A stretch of 32,000 bases of DNA from Delftia acidovorans NBRC 14950. Its GTDB lineage: Bacteria > Pseudomonadota > Gammaproteobacteria > Burkholderiales > Burkholderiaceae_C. Below are positions 1 to 7,201 of the stretch, in pieces. The stretch is taken from contig NZ_BCZP01000017.1 in assembly GCF_001598795.1 (NCBI RefSeq), forward strand, positions 90,001-122,000, in the 5' to 3' direction. The position numbers were made by a program, and so were the translations under genes. Under the pieces are notes generated by a model, which was not told the origin of the DNA, ran no database searches, and worked only from the letters and a program-made list of their open reading frames with translations. Within the stretch, counting starts at the first letter, position 1, and every line of letters starts with the position of its first letter.

Positions 1-852
1 GGACTTCTTGACCGGGTTGCTGTCGGGCAACTGGTGGGCCACCAGCACGGGGCCGGCGGGCAGCAGCGTGCCTTCCACATCCTTGCCGCCCACGCGCAGG
101 AAGTCGGCATTGGCCACGCCGTGGGTCTGGTAGATCTTGCCCTGGTAGCCGCGCTCCTTGAGCGACTTCTGCGGCAGCGCGGCCGGCGTGCCCGAGCCTG
201 CGATCAGCACCGCATCGGGCTTGGCGGACATGAGCTTGAGCGTCTGGCCCGTGACCGAGGTATCGCTGCGCGAATAGGCCTCGGTGGCAGTGAGCTTGAT
301 GCCCTTGGCCTCGGCCACCTTGCGGAACTCCTGCAGCCAGCTTTCGCCATAGGCGTCGTTGAAGCCGATGTAGCCCACGGTCTTGATGCCGGCCTTGGCC
401 ATGTGCTCGCCGATGGCGGCGGCCATCATGGCGTCGTGCTGGGGTGTCTTGAAGACCCAGAACTTCTTGGCATCCATGGGCTCGACGATCTTGGCCGAGG
501 CCGCCAGCGTGATCATGGGCGTCTTGGCCTCGGAGACCACGTCCACCATGGCCAGCGAGTTGGGCGTGATGCTGGAGCCCAGGATGACATCGACCTTGCT
601 CTCACTGATCAGCTTGCGCGTGTTGGCCACGGCCGCCGTGGTGTCGGAGGCGTCGTCCAGGATGATGTAGTTGACCTTCTGGCCCGCCACCGTGCGCGGC
701 ATCAGTGCCACGGTGTTCTTTTCGGGAATGCCCAGGGAGGCCGCCGGTCCGGTGGCCGAGACCACCACGCCCACATTGATGTCGGCCAGGGCCGAGCCCC
801 AGACCGTGGCCAGGGTCGCGGCCAGCAGGCCCAGTTTCGTCAAACGCTTCAT
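1..852 (-). CDS. ABC transporter periplasmic substrate-binding protein, branched-chain amino acid (LivJ) type; C-terminal end runs off the window
   Basis: It is absent from the ORF track because the frame stays open to nt 1. Reverse-strand translation from the ATG at 852-850 gives MKRLTKLGLLAATLATVWGSALADINVGVVVSATGPAASLGIPE... (signal peptide plus the family-typical N-terminus). The frame stays open to ...VAHQLPDSNPVKKS at nt 1. It is co-directional with the paa genes. Confidence 0.8.
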   Translation of the reverse strand, partial: MKRLTKLGLLAATLATVWGSALADINVGVVVSATGPAASLGIPEKNTVALMPRTVAGQKVNYIILDDASDTTAAVANTRKLISESKVDVILGSSITPNSLAMVDVVSEAKTPMITLAASAKIVEPMDAKKFWVFKTPQHDAMMAAAIGEHMAKAGIKTVGYIGFNDAYGESWLQEFRKVAEAKGIKLTATEAYSRSDTSVTGQTLKLMSAKPDAVLIAGSGTPAALPQKSLKERGYQGKIYQTHGVANADFLRVGGKDVEGTLLPAGPVLVAHQLPDSNPVKKS

Positions 853-887
853 GTCTGTCTCCTTGTGTTGGATGGGGCGTGGCACCT

Positions 888-1547
888 TCAGGCGCCACAA
901 TTTACCGTGGTAACTATTTTTTTGCCAGCGGTTTGATGCCCGGGTTTGCCTGGGGTCTGTACGGCCGGCAGGCCTCCGAGGAACAGGTCGGCCACCACGG
1001 GGGCCATGGCCTCGTGGTCCAGCGAGCCGTCGGGCCGCAGCCAGGTGAACATCCAGTTCATCATTCCGAACAGCAGCATGGCCAGCGCCTTGGACAGGCC
1101 CGCGCCATCGGCGTCCGGCCGCAGCTGGGCCACCGCCTGGGCAAAGGTTTCGACCACGGCGCGCTCCTTGCCCAGCACGCGCTGGCGGTCGTCGTCCTGC
1201 AGGAAGCGCACGTCCTCGGTCAGCACGCGGTGGGCATGGCGGGCATGGGCGTATTCCTGCACGAAGCGCTCGATCAGCATGCGCAGCCGCGGCTCGGGCG
1301 GCAGGCCCATGGCCTGCACCTCGTCCACCAGGGCCTGCAGCCGCGTCATGTGGCCATCGGTGATGTCCACCAGCAGCGCGTACTTGTCGCGGAAGTAGTG
1401 GTAGATGGTGGGCTTGGACAGGCCACAGGCCTGGGCCACCTCGTTCATCGAAGTGCCGGGGTAGCCGCTGCGCGCGAACAGCGCGGCGGCATGGCCCAGG
1501 ATCAGTTCGCGCTGGTCGTCGTATCCGGAAGATCGGCCTCGGGCCAT
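888..1547 (-). CDS. paaR: TetR/AcrR family transcriptional regulator, PaaR-like by context
   Basis: This is the in-frame ATG at 1547 inside track ORF 888..2108. The product starts MARGRSSGYDDQRELILGHAAALFARSGYPGTSMNEVAQACGLSKPTIYHYFRDK, which is a TetR helix-turn-helix. It starts 18 nt after the paaK stop. The PaaR name rests on context only. Confidence 0.75.
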   Translation of the reverse strand: MARGRSSGYDDQRELILGHAAALFARSGYPGTSMNEVAQACGLSKPTIYHYFRDKYALLVDITDGHMTRLQALVDEVQAMGLPPEPRLRMLIERFVQEYAHARHAHRVLTEDVRFLQDDDRQRVLGKERAVVETFAQAVAQLRPDADGAGLSKALAMLLFGMMNWMFTWLRPDGSLDHEAMAPVVADLFLGGLPAVQTPGKPGHQTAGKKIVTTVNCGA

Positions 1548-1564
1548 GGGACTCCTGTGCGCGC

Positions 1565-2869
1565 TCAGCGGCTGCGGTGGTCGATCACGCGGCGGGCCTT
1601 GCCCACCAGGGTGCGCTCTATGGAATCGGGTCGCAGCACCTCGACCTCGGCGCTCACGCCGACCAGGGTCTTGATGCGCTGCTGCACCCACAGTGCCAGC
1701 GCCTCGGTGTCGCCCTGCGTGCCCGGCTGCATCTCGCAGCGCACGGCCAGCCGGTCCAGGTTGCCGTCGCGCGTGACCACCAGCTGGTACTGGCCCGACA
1801 GCTGGGCGTTCTGCAGAACGATCTCCTCGATCTGCGTGGGAAACAGGTTCACGCCGCGGATGATGAGCATGTCGTCGCTGCGCCCCACGATCTTGCCCAT
1901 GCGCCGGAAGCTGCGCGAGGTCGGCGCAAGAAGCCGCGTCAAATCCCGCGTGCGGTAGCGAATGATGGGCATGGCTTCCTTGGACAGCGACGTGAAGACC
2001 AGCTCGCCCTCGCTTCCGTCGGGCAGCACCTCGCCCGTGTCGGGGTCGATGATCTCGGGATAGAAATGGTCTTCCCAGATCACCGGCCCGTCCTTGCTCT
2101 CCACGCATTCGCTGGCCACGCCCGGGCCCATGACTTCGGACAGGCCGTAGATGTCCACGGCGTCCAGCCCCGCCTTGCCCTCGATCTCGCGGCGCATGGC
2201 CTCGGTCCAGGGCTCGGCGCCGAAGATGCCGATCTTGAGCGAGCTCTCGCGCGGGTCCAGGCCCTGGCGCTGCATCTCCTCCACGATCACCTGCATGTAG
2301 CTGGGCGTGACCATGATGATGTCGGGCCGGAAATCCTGGATCAGTTGCACCTGCTTTTCGGTCTGCCCGCCCGACATGGGCACCACGGTGCAGCCCGCGC
2401 GCTCGGCTCCGTAGTGGGCGCCCAGGCCGCCCGTGAAAAGGCCGTAGCCGTAGGCCACATGCACCATGTCGCCAGGCCGCCCGCCCGCCGCGCGGATGGA
2501 GCGCGCCACCAGGTTCGCCCAGTTGTCGATGTCATTCAACGTGTAGCCCACGACCGTGGGCTTGCCCGTGGTGCCCGAGGAGGCATGCACGCGCGCCACC
2601 TTCTGGCGCGGCACGGCGAACATGCCGAACGGGTAGTTCTCGCGCAGGTCCTTCTTGGTGGTGAAGGGAAAGCGGGCCAGGTCGGACAGCGTGCGCAGGT
2701 CGGAAGGGTGCACGCCCTTCTCATCGAAGGCGCGGCGGTAGTGCGGCACATGGTCGTAGGCATGCTGCAGCGACCAGCGCAGGCGCAGCAGCTGCAGCGA
2801 GGCGATCTCGTCGCGGCTGGCGGTTTCGATGGGGTCGAGTTCGCCGGGGGCGGGGCGCTGCAGGGACAT
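1565..2869 (-). CDS. paaK: phenylacetate-CoA ligase
   Basis: The 434-aa ORF shows full-length PaaK hallmarks (SSGTTGKPTVVGYT, GLFTGGLGAHYGAE, YGLSEVMGPGVA, IIRGVN). A GAGG Shine-Dalgarno sits upstream of the ATG at 2869. Confidence 0.95.
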   Translation of the reverse strand: MSLQRPAPGELDPIETASRDEIASLQLLRLRWSLQHAYDHVPHYRRAFDEKGVHPSDLRTLSDLARFPFTTKKDLRENYPFGMFAVPRQKVARVHASSGTTGKPTVVGYTLNDIDNWANLVARSIRAAGGRPGDMVHVAYGYGLFTGGLGAHYGAERAGCTVVPMSGGQTEKQVQLIQDFRPDIIMVTPSYMQVIVEEMQRQGLDPRESSLKIGIFGAEPWTEAMRREIEGKAGLDAVDIYGLSEVMGPGVASECVESKDGPVIWEDHFYPEIIDPDTGEVLPDGSEGELVFTSLSKEAMPIIRYRTRDLTRLLAPTSRSFRRMGKIVGRSDDMLIIRGVNLFPTQIEEIVLQNAQLSGQYQLVVTRDGNLDRLAVRCEMQPGTQGDTEALALWVQQRIKTLVGVSAEVEVLRPDSIERTLVGKARRVIDHRSR

Positions 2870-2880
2870 GGCGGACCTCT

Positions 2881-3348
2881 TCAGGCGGGCTCTGTCAGGC
2901 CGGGCACGGTGGGCCGGCCCTTGAAGCTGTGCGAGCGGCCACGGAACAGCGCGATCACTTCCTGGCGCTGGTTGGTGACCTGCACGTCATAGACGCCGGT
3001 GCGGCCTGCGCGCGAGACTTCGCGGGCCTGGGCCGTGAGCACGTCGCCGGGCCGGCCGGGCGCGACGAAGTCCACGCTCAGGCCCGAGGCCACCGTCATC
3101 TCGTTGCGCGCATTGCAGGCATAGGCAAAGGCCGTGTCGGCCAGCGCCGTGATGAAGCCGCCGTGGCAGATGTCGAAGCCGTTGAGCATGTCGTCGCGCA
3201 CGGCCATCTCCATGCGCGCCGCGCCGGGGGCGATGTCCGTGATGCGCAGGCCCAGGCCTTGCGCGGCGCGGTCGCGCGCCAGCATGCCGTCGCGCACCTG
3301 TTCGGCCAGGCGCTGCGCGGCTTCGTCCGGGGTATGGGTGTCTTGCAT
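2881..3348 (-). CDS. paaI: hydroxyphenylacetyl-CoA thioesterase (hotdog fold)
   Basis: This is the internal ATG at 3348 of track ORF 2881..3960. The product starts MQDTHTPDEAAQRLAEQV and contains NGFDICHGGFITALADTAF, the PaaI-type N..G..HGG motif. It lies between paaG and paaK. Confidence 0.85.
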   Translation of the reverse strand: MQDTHTPDEAAQRLAEQVRDGMLARDRAAQGLGLRITDIAPGAARMEMAVRDDMLNGFDICHGGFITALADTAFAYACNARNEMTVASGLSVDFVAPGRPGDVLTAQAREVSRAGRTGVYDVQVTNQRQEVIALFRGRSHSFKGRPTVPGLTEPA

Positions 3349-3359
3349 GGCGCCGCTCC

Positions 3360-4142
3360 TCAACGGTCCGAGAACACGGCAGCCCGCTTGCCCAGGAAGG
3401 CGGCCACGCCCTCCTGGTAGTCGTGGGCCGCGCCCAGCTGGCCCTGCTGGCGCGCCTCGCGCGTGAGCGCATGCTCGTAGTCCAGCAGTTGGGCCGAGTC
3501 CATGGCCTCCCGCGTGCGCGCCAGGGCCCGCACGGGCATGGCGGCCAGGCGCTGGGCCAGGGCCTGGGCTTCGCTGCGCAAATCGGCATCTTCCACGCAG
3601 CGCCAGATCAGGCCGATGCGTTCGGCCTCGGCCGCAGGCAGCTTGTCGCCCAGCAGGGCCAGCCCCAGGGCGCGCGCACGGCCCACCAGGCGCGGCAGCA
3701 GCCAGGTGCCGCCGCAGTCGGGCACCAGGCCGATCTTGGCAAAGGCCTGGATGAAGCTGGCCGAGCGTGCGGCCAGCACCAGGTCGCAGGCCAGCGCGAT
3801 ATTGGCGCCCGCGCCGGCAGCCACGCCGTTGACGGCGGCCACCACGGGCACGGGCATGGACTTGAGCCGCAGGCACAGCGGCTGGTAGCGGCGCTCGATC
3901 AGGTCGCCCAGGTTCTGGTCGGGCGCCGCCTCGGGGTCGGACAGGTCCTGGCCCGCGCAAAAGCCGCGCCCCGCGCCCGTGAGCACCACGCAGCGCACCG
4001 AGGCATCGCCGGCGGCCTGCTCCAGGGCCGAAAGCAGCTGCTCGTGCAGTTGCGCGTTGAAGCTGTTGAGCGCGTCGGGGCGGTTCAGCACCAGGGTGCG
4101 GACGGCGTCGTGCTGCTCAACCAGAACCAGCGATGGGGGCAT
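3360..4142 (-). CDS. paaG: enoyl-CoA hydratase/isomerase family protein, probably 2-(1,2-epoxy-1,2-dihydrophenyl)acetyl-CoA isomerase
   Basis: It carries crotonase motifs (VVLTGAGRGFCAGQDL, AAVNGVAAGAGANIALACD). I prefer the start at 4142 (MPPSLVLVEQ) because GGAG lies 6 nt upstream. The track start at 4190 adds 16 poorly supported residues. Confidence 0.8.
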   Translation of the reverse strand: MPPSLVLVEQHDAVRTLVLNRPDALNSFNAQLHEQLLSALEQAAGDASVRCVVLTGAGRGFCAGQDLSDPEAAPDQNLGDLIERRYQPLCLRLKSMPVPVVAAVNGVAAGAGANIALACDLVLAARSASFIQAFAKIGLVPDCGGTWLLPRLVGRARALGLALLGDKLPAAEAERIGLIWRCVEDADLRSEAQALAQRLAAMPVRALARTREAMDSAQLLDYEHALTREARQQGQLGAAHDYQEGVAAFLGKRAAVFSDR

Positions 4143-4192
4143 GGAAGTCTCCGTGGCCTGTCTGCCGTCTTTATGCGGCAGATCAAACATAA

Positions 4193-4212
4193 TTTACCGA
4201 ATGGTCGGTAAA
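4193..4212. promoter_or_regulatory. perfect 8-bp inverted repeat TTTACCGA-ATGG-TCGGTAAA; candidate PaaR (TetR) operator in the paaG promoter
   Basis: The palindrome lies 51 nt upstream of the paaG start, with a core of ACCG-N6-CGGT. Read on the minus strand, it overlaps a plausible -35 (TTTACC) and is followed by TATGTT as a -10. Confidence 0.5.
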
Positions 4213-4317
4213 TGTTAGTCGCCAGACCCTTTCCACCACAAGCGCCCAGGCACCGAGGAAACCCCTAGGCCCCATGAAAAATGACCCCCACGCTGCCCTT
4301 GCTGCGCAAGGTCCGCT

Positions 4318-4338
4318 GCCCCCCGAGGGGGCGTTTTT
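4318..4338 (+). terminator. plus-strand intrinsic-terminator-like hairpin with no plus-strand gene upstream
   Basis: The sequence is GCCCCC-CGA-GGGGGC (6-bp GC stem, 3-nt loop) followed by GTTTTT. No T-run follows it on the minus strand. Confidence 0.4.
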
Positions 4339-4361
4339 CATCTTGGGGCGGCCCGGCGATG

Positions 4362-4388
4362 AAAAAAGGCCCGCACGGGCCATTTTTG
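4362..4388 (-). terminator. rho-independent terminator after the Bug gene, bidirectional in appearance
   Basis: The sequence is AAAAAA-GGCCC-GCAC-GGGCC-ATTTTT. On the minus strand the hairpin is followed by T6 and sits 9-35 nt after the stop at 4397. Confidence 0.65.
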
Positions 4389-4396
4389 TCGAAGGT

Positions 4397-5386
4397 TCAG
4401 GGCTTGAAACCCGAGCGCTGCACCACCGGCGTCCACTGCGCGCGGTAGGCCTTGAGCATCTCGGCCGTCTGCGCGCTGCTGCTGGAGACCGGGGTCAGCC
4501 GGCTGGCCTCGAATTTCTGGCGCGTGTCGGGCTCCTTCATGATCTCCTGCACCATGCGCGACAGGCGCTCGGCAATGTCGGGCGCCATGCTCTGCGGCGC
4601 GAACAAGGTGTTCCAGCCCATGCCCGACAGGTTCAGGCCCGATTCCTTGAGCGTGGGGATGTCCGGCGCCATGGTGCTGCGGCGCTCGCCCGATACGGCC
4701 AGCACGCGGATCTTGCCGGCCTCGTGCTGGGGCAGCAGCACGTCGAAGGTGTCGATGGCCAGCGGCACCTGGCCACCCACCAGGTCGGTCAGCAGCGGGG
4801 CCGAGCCCTTGTAGCCCACGGTTTCGGTCCGGACCTTGGCGGCCTCGCCCAGCATCAGCGAGAAGAAGTGCGGCAGGCTGCCCGTGGCCGGCACGCCCAC
4901 GTTGGCCTGCTGCGGATTGGCGCGCAGCCAGGCCAGCAGGTGCGACAGCTGCCTGACGGGCACGGCACTGGCCACGGCCACGCCGAATTCGTAGCGATTG
5001 ACCTCGCTGACCGGGCGGAAGTCCTTGTCCGGGTCGTAGCCCGAGTCGGGGAACACCAGGGGCGTCACCAGCATCACGGCCGGGTTGGCCAGCAGCAGCG
5101 CGGGCTGGGAGGCCGGCGCGTTCTTCACATACTGGGCCGACAGGCGGCCGCCCGCGCCGGGCTTGTTCTCCACCACCACGGGCGAGCCCACGTGCGCCTG
5201 CAGCTTGTCGGCCACGATGCGCGCCACGCGGTCGGTGGCGCCGCCGGGCGGGTAGCCGACGACGATGCGCAGCGGCGCCTTGCCCGGAAACAGCGGCTCG
5301 GCCGCCGTGGCACTTCCAGCCAGCCAGCTGGCGGCCGAAACAGCCGGTGCCAGGGCCAGGATCTGGGTCAGGGTTCTTCGCTGCAT
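4397..5386 (-). CDS. Bug/TctC-family (tripartite tricarboxylate transporter) periplasmic substrate-binding protein
   Basis: This is the internal ATG at 5386 of track ORF 4397..6787, preceded by GGAGAG. The product starts MQRRTLTQILALAPAVSAASWLAGSATA (signal peptide) and continues ...IVVGYPPGGATDRVARIVADKL...VVVENKPGAGG, the Bug family signature. Confidence 0.85.
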   Translation of the reverse strand: MQRRTLTQILALAPAVSAASWLAGSATAAEPLFPGKAPLRIVVGYPPGGATDRVARIVADKLQAHVGSPVVVENKPGAGGRLSAQYVKNAPASQPALLLANPAVMLVTPLVFPDSGYDPDKDFRPVSEVNRYEFGVAVASAVPVRQLSHLLAWLRANPQQANVGVPATGSLPHFFSLMLGEAAKVRTETVGYKGSAPLLTDLVGGQVPLAIDTFDVLLPQHEAGKIRVLAVSGERRSTMAPDIPTLKESGLNLSGMGWNTLFAPQSMAPDIAERLSRMVQEIMKEPDTRQKFEASRLTPVSSSSAQTAEMLKAYRAQWTPVVQRSGFKP

Positions 5387-5563
5387 CGCAAACTCTCTCC
5401 TTGCATGGACGGATTCCCGTGCGGAACGCACGCCGCACAATGTAGCGGCCTCAAAAAGCCCGTTGCCGCCGATATTGACCAGGGTTAACCCGAGGCAAGA
5501 CGCCCTGCGCCGCTCGGGCATCGCGACAGCCTGGCGAAGCCGACTCGGCGACAATCGCCCACC

Positions 5564-6676
5564 ATGAGCTTCGCCCCCCTGACCAACGACACCTTCCTGC
5601 GCGCCTGCCGGCGCCAGGCCACCGACTACACGCCGCTGTGGCTGATGCGCCAGGCGGGCCGCTATCTCCCCGAATACAAGGCCACGCGCGCCCGGGCCGG
5701 CAGCTTCATGGGTCTGGCCACCAACGTGGACTACGCCACCGAGGTCACGCTGCAGCCACTGGAGCGCTTCCCGCTGGATGCGGCCATCCTGTTCTCCGAC
5801 ATCCTGACCGTGCCCGACGCCATGGGCCTGGGCCTGTCCTTTGCCGAAGGCGAAGGCCCGCGCTTTGCCAAGGTGGTGCGCGACGAGGCCGCCGTGGCCG
5901 AGCTGGCCGTGCCCGACATGGACAAGCTGCGCTATGTGTTCGACGCCGTGACCAGCATCCGCCGCGCGCTCAATGGCCGCGTGCCGCTGATCGGCTTCTC
6001 GGGCAGCCCCTGGACCCTGGCCTGCTACATGGTCGAGGGCAAGGGCAGCGACGACTACCGCCTGGTCAAGAGCCTGATGTATGCGCGCCCCGACCTGATG
6101 CACCGCATCCTGTCCGTCAACGCCGACAGCGTGGCCGCCTACCTGAACGCCCAGATCGATGCGGGCGCCCAGGCCGTGATGGTGTTCGACAGCTGGGGCG
6201 GTGTGCTGGCCGACGGCGCCTTCCAGGAATTCAGCCTGGCCTATACCAAGCGCGTGCTGGCCGGACTCAAGCGCACGGGCGCCGATGGGCAGGACGTGCC
6301 GCGCATCGTCTTCACCAAGGGCGGCGGCATCTGGCTGCCCGACATGAAGGACCTGGACTGCGAGGTGCTGGGCCTGGACTGGACGGCCAACCTGGCCCGC
6401 GCCCGCGCCATCGTCGGCGGCGAGGTGGGCGGACCCGGCAAGGCGCTGCAGGGCAACATCGACCCCAATGTGCTGTTCGCACCGCCCGAGCGCGTGGCCG
6501 AGCAGGCGCGCGCCGTGCTCGACAGCTTCGGCGCCCCGCACACCGACAGGACCACCACGGGCCCCACGCACATCTTCAACCTGGGCCACGGCATCAGCCA
6601 GTTCACGCCGCCCGAGCATGTGGCGGCCCTGGTGGAGACCGTGCACAGCCATTCGCGCGCCCTGCGCCAGCGCTGA
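5564..6676 (+). CDS. hemE: uroporphyrinogen decarboxylase
   Basis: The 370-aa product contains [20 protein letters not shown] and [14 protein letters not shown], canonical HemE motifs. Confidence 0.95.
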   Translation: MSFAPLTNDTFLRACRRQATDYTPLWLMRQAGRYLPEYKATRARAGSFMGLATNVDYATEVTLQPLERFPLDAAILFSDILTVPDAMGLGLSFAEGEGPRFAKVVRDEAAVAELAVPDMDKLRYVFDAVTSIRRALNGRVPLIGFSGSPWTLACYMVEGKGSDDYRLVKSLMYARPDLMHRILSVNADSVAAYLNAQIDAGAQAVMVFDSWGGVLADGAFQEFSLAYTKRVLAGLKRTGADGQDVPRIVFTKGGGIWLPDMKDLDCEVLGLDWTANLARARAIVGGEVGGPGKALQGNIDPNVLFAPPERVAEQARAVLDSFGAPHTDRTTTGPTHIFNLGHGISQFTPPEHVAALVETVHSHSRALRQR

Positions 6677-6777
6677 GCGAGCCGCCTCCCCGCCCCCCGC
6701 TTCTCCCGAACCCCAGGGCCGGACGCCAGCGCAGCGCCGGCCCCTGCCGGGGCCGCCAACGGCCCGGCAAGGCCCCG

Positions 6778-7033
6778 CTGTCCACAAGCCGGGTACCCGA
6801 CAGCCGCTTGCTGCACAAGATGGCCACAGACCATCTTATGCACAGAAAAATCCGAGCGAGGCCCTAGGAGTTGCAGTTGTCATCCGCGCCTGCACGCCGG
6901 CGACATATCGATATAAGCCATTGTTTTTGAATAATTTTTTTGATAGCAACATTTTCAGCATGCACCGATTGGCAAGGCCGGATAAGCAGGTGCATGCCCA
7001 TAGATCCGAATAATCCCCACAAAGTTATCCACA
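6778..7033 (+). promoter_or_regulatory. cluster of same-orientation DnaA-box-like 9-mers flanking an AT-rich tract in the hemE-priA spacer
   Basis: TTATCCACA at 7025-7033 is a perfect match. TTATGCACA at 6836-6844 fits TTATNCACA. Both are followed by GAAA. Weaker copies are CTGTCCACA at 6778-6786, ATGGCCACA at 6820-6828 and ATCCCCACA at 7013-7021. An AT-rich core lies at about 6905-6960 (ATATCGATATAAGCCATTGTTTTTGAATAATTTTTTTGATAGCAACATTTTCAGCA). Confidence 0.5.
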
Positions 7034-7201
7034 GAAATTGACGATATACCCAGAAACCCGCAGTCACCGGCCGGGGCGTCTGGTGTAGAACGCCGCACCC
7101 AGGCCCCAGGCAGCGCCAAAGGCTTATGCTTGGCGGCTTGGTTGCCGCAGGCCCTGCCGTGCGGCGCCCGCGTTTTCAGGCCCCGCTTTCCCCGCATTCG
7201 C

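Noticed and set aside
902-913. The short palindrome TTACC-GT-GGTAA as a definite second PaaR operator.
   Set aside because: It shares only the TTTACCG half with the 4193-4212 site and lacks the ACCG-N6-CGGT spacing. It also lies inside the 3' end of the TetR reading frame. I kept it only as a remark under the operator finding.
34-936. A 300-aa plus-strand ORF, plus the nested ORFs 383..670, 602..898 and 671..913.
   Set aside because: It is antisense to a clearly recognisable LivJ-type binding-protein gene. The product is Gly/Arg/His/Ala-rich low-complexity sequence, typical of wrong-frame ORFs in high-GC DNA.
1577-2992. A 471-aa plus-strand ORF.
   Set aside because: It is antisense to paaK and paaI, which have unambiguous family motifs. 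Its composition is that of a GC-rich shadow ORF.
5387-6787. The upstream 467 codons of the 796-aa minus-strand track ORF 4397..6787.
   Set aside because: This part is antisense to hemE and has shadow-ORF composition. The Bug protein begins at the ATG at 5386, with a Shine-Dalgarno and a signal peptide.
6864-7067. A 67-aa minus-strand ORF with a hydrophobic stretch, inside the AT-rich hemE-priA spacer.
   Set aside because: It has no Shine-Dalgarno, and its codon usage is completely unlike the rest of the window. The hydrophobicity follows from the T-rich sequence. The region is better explained as regulatory or structural DNA.
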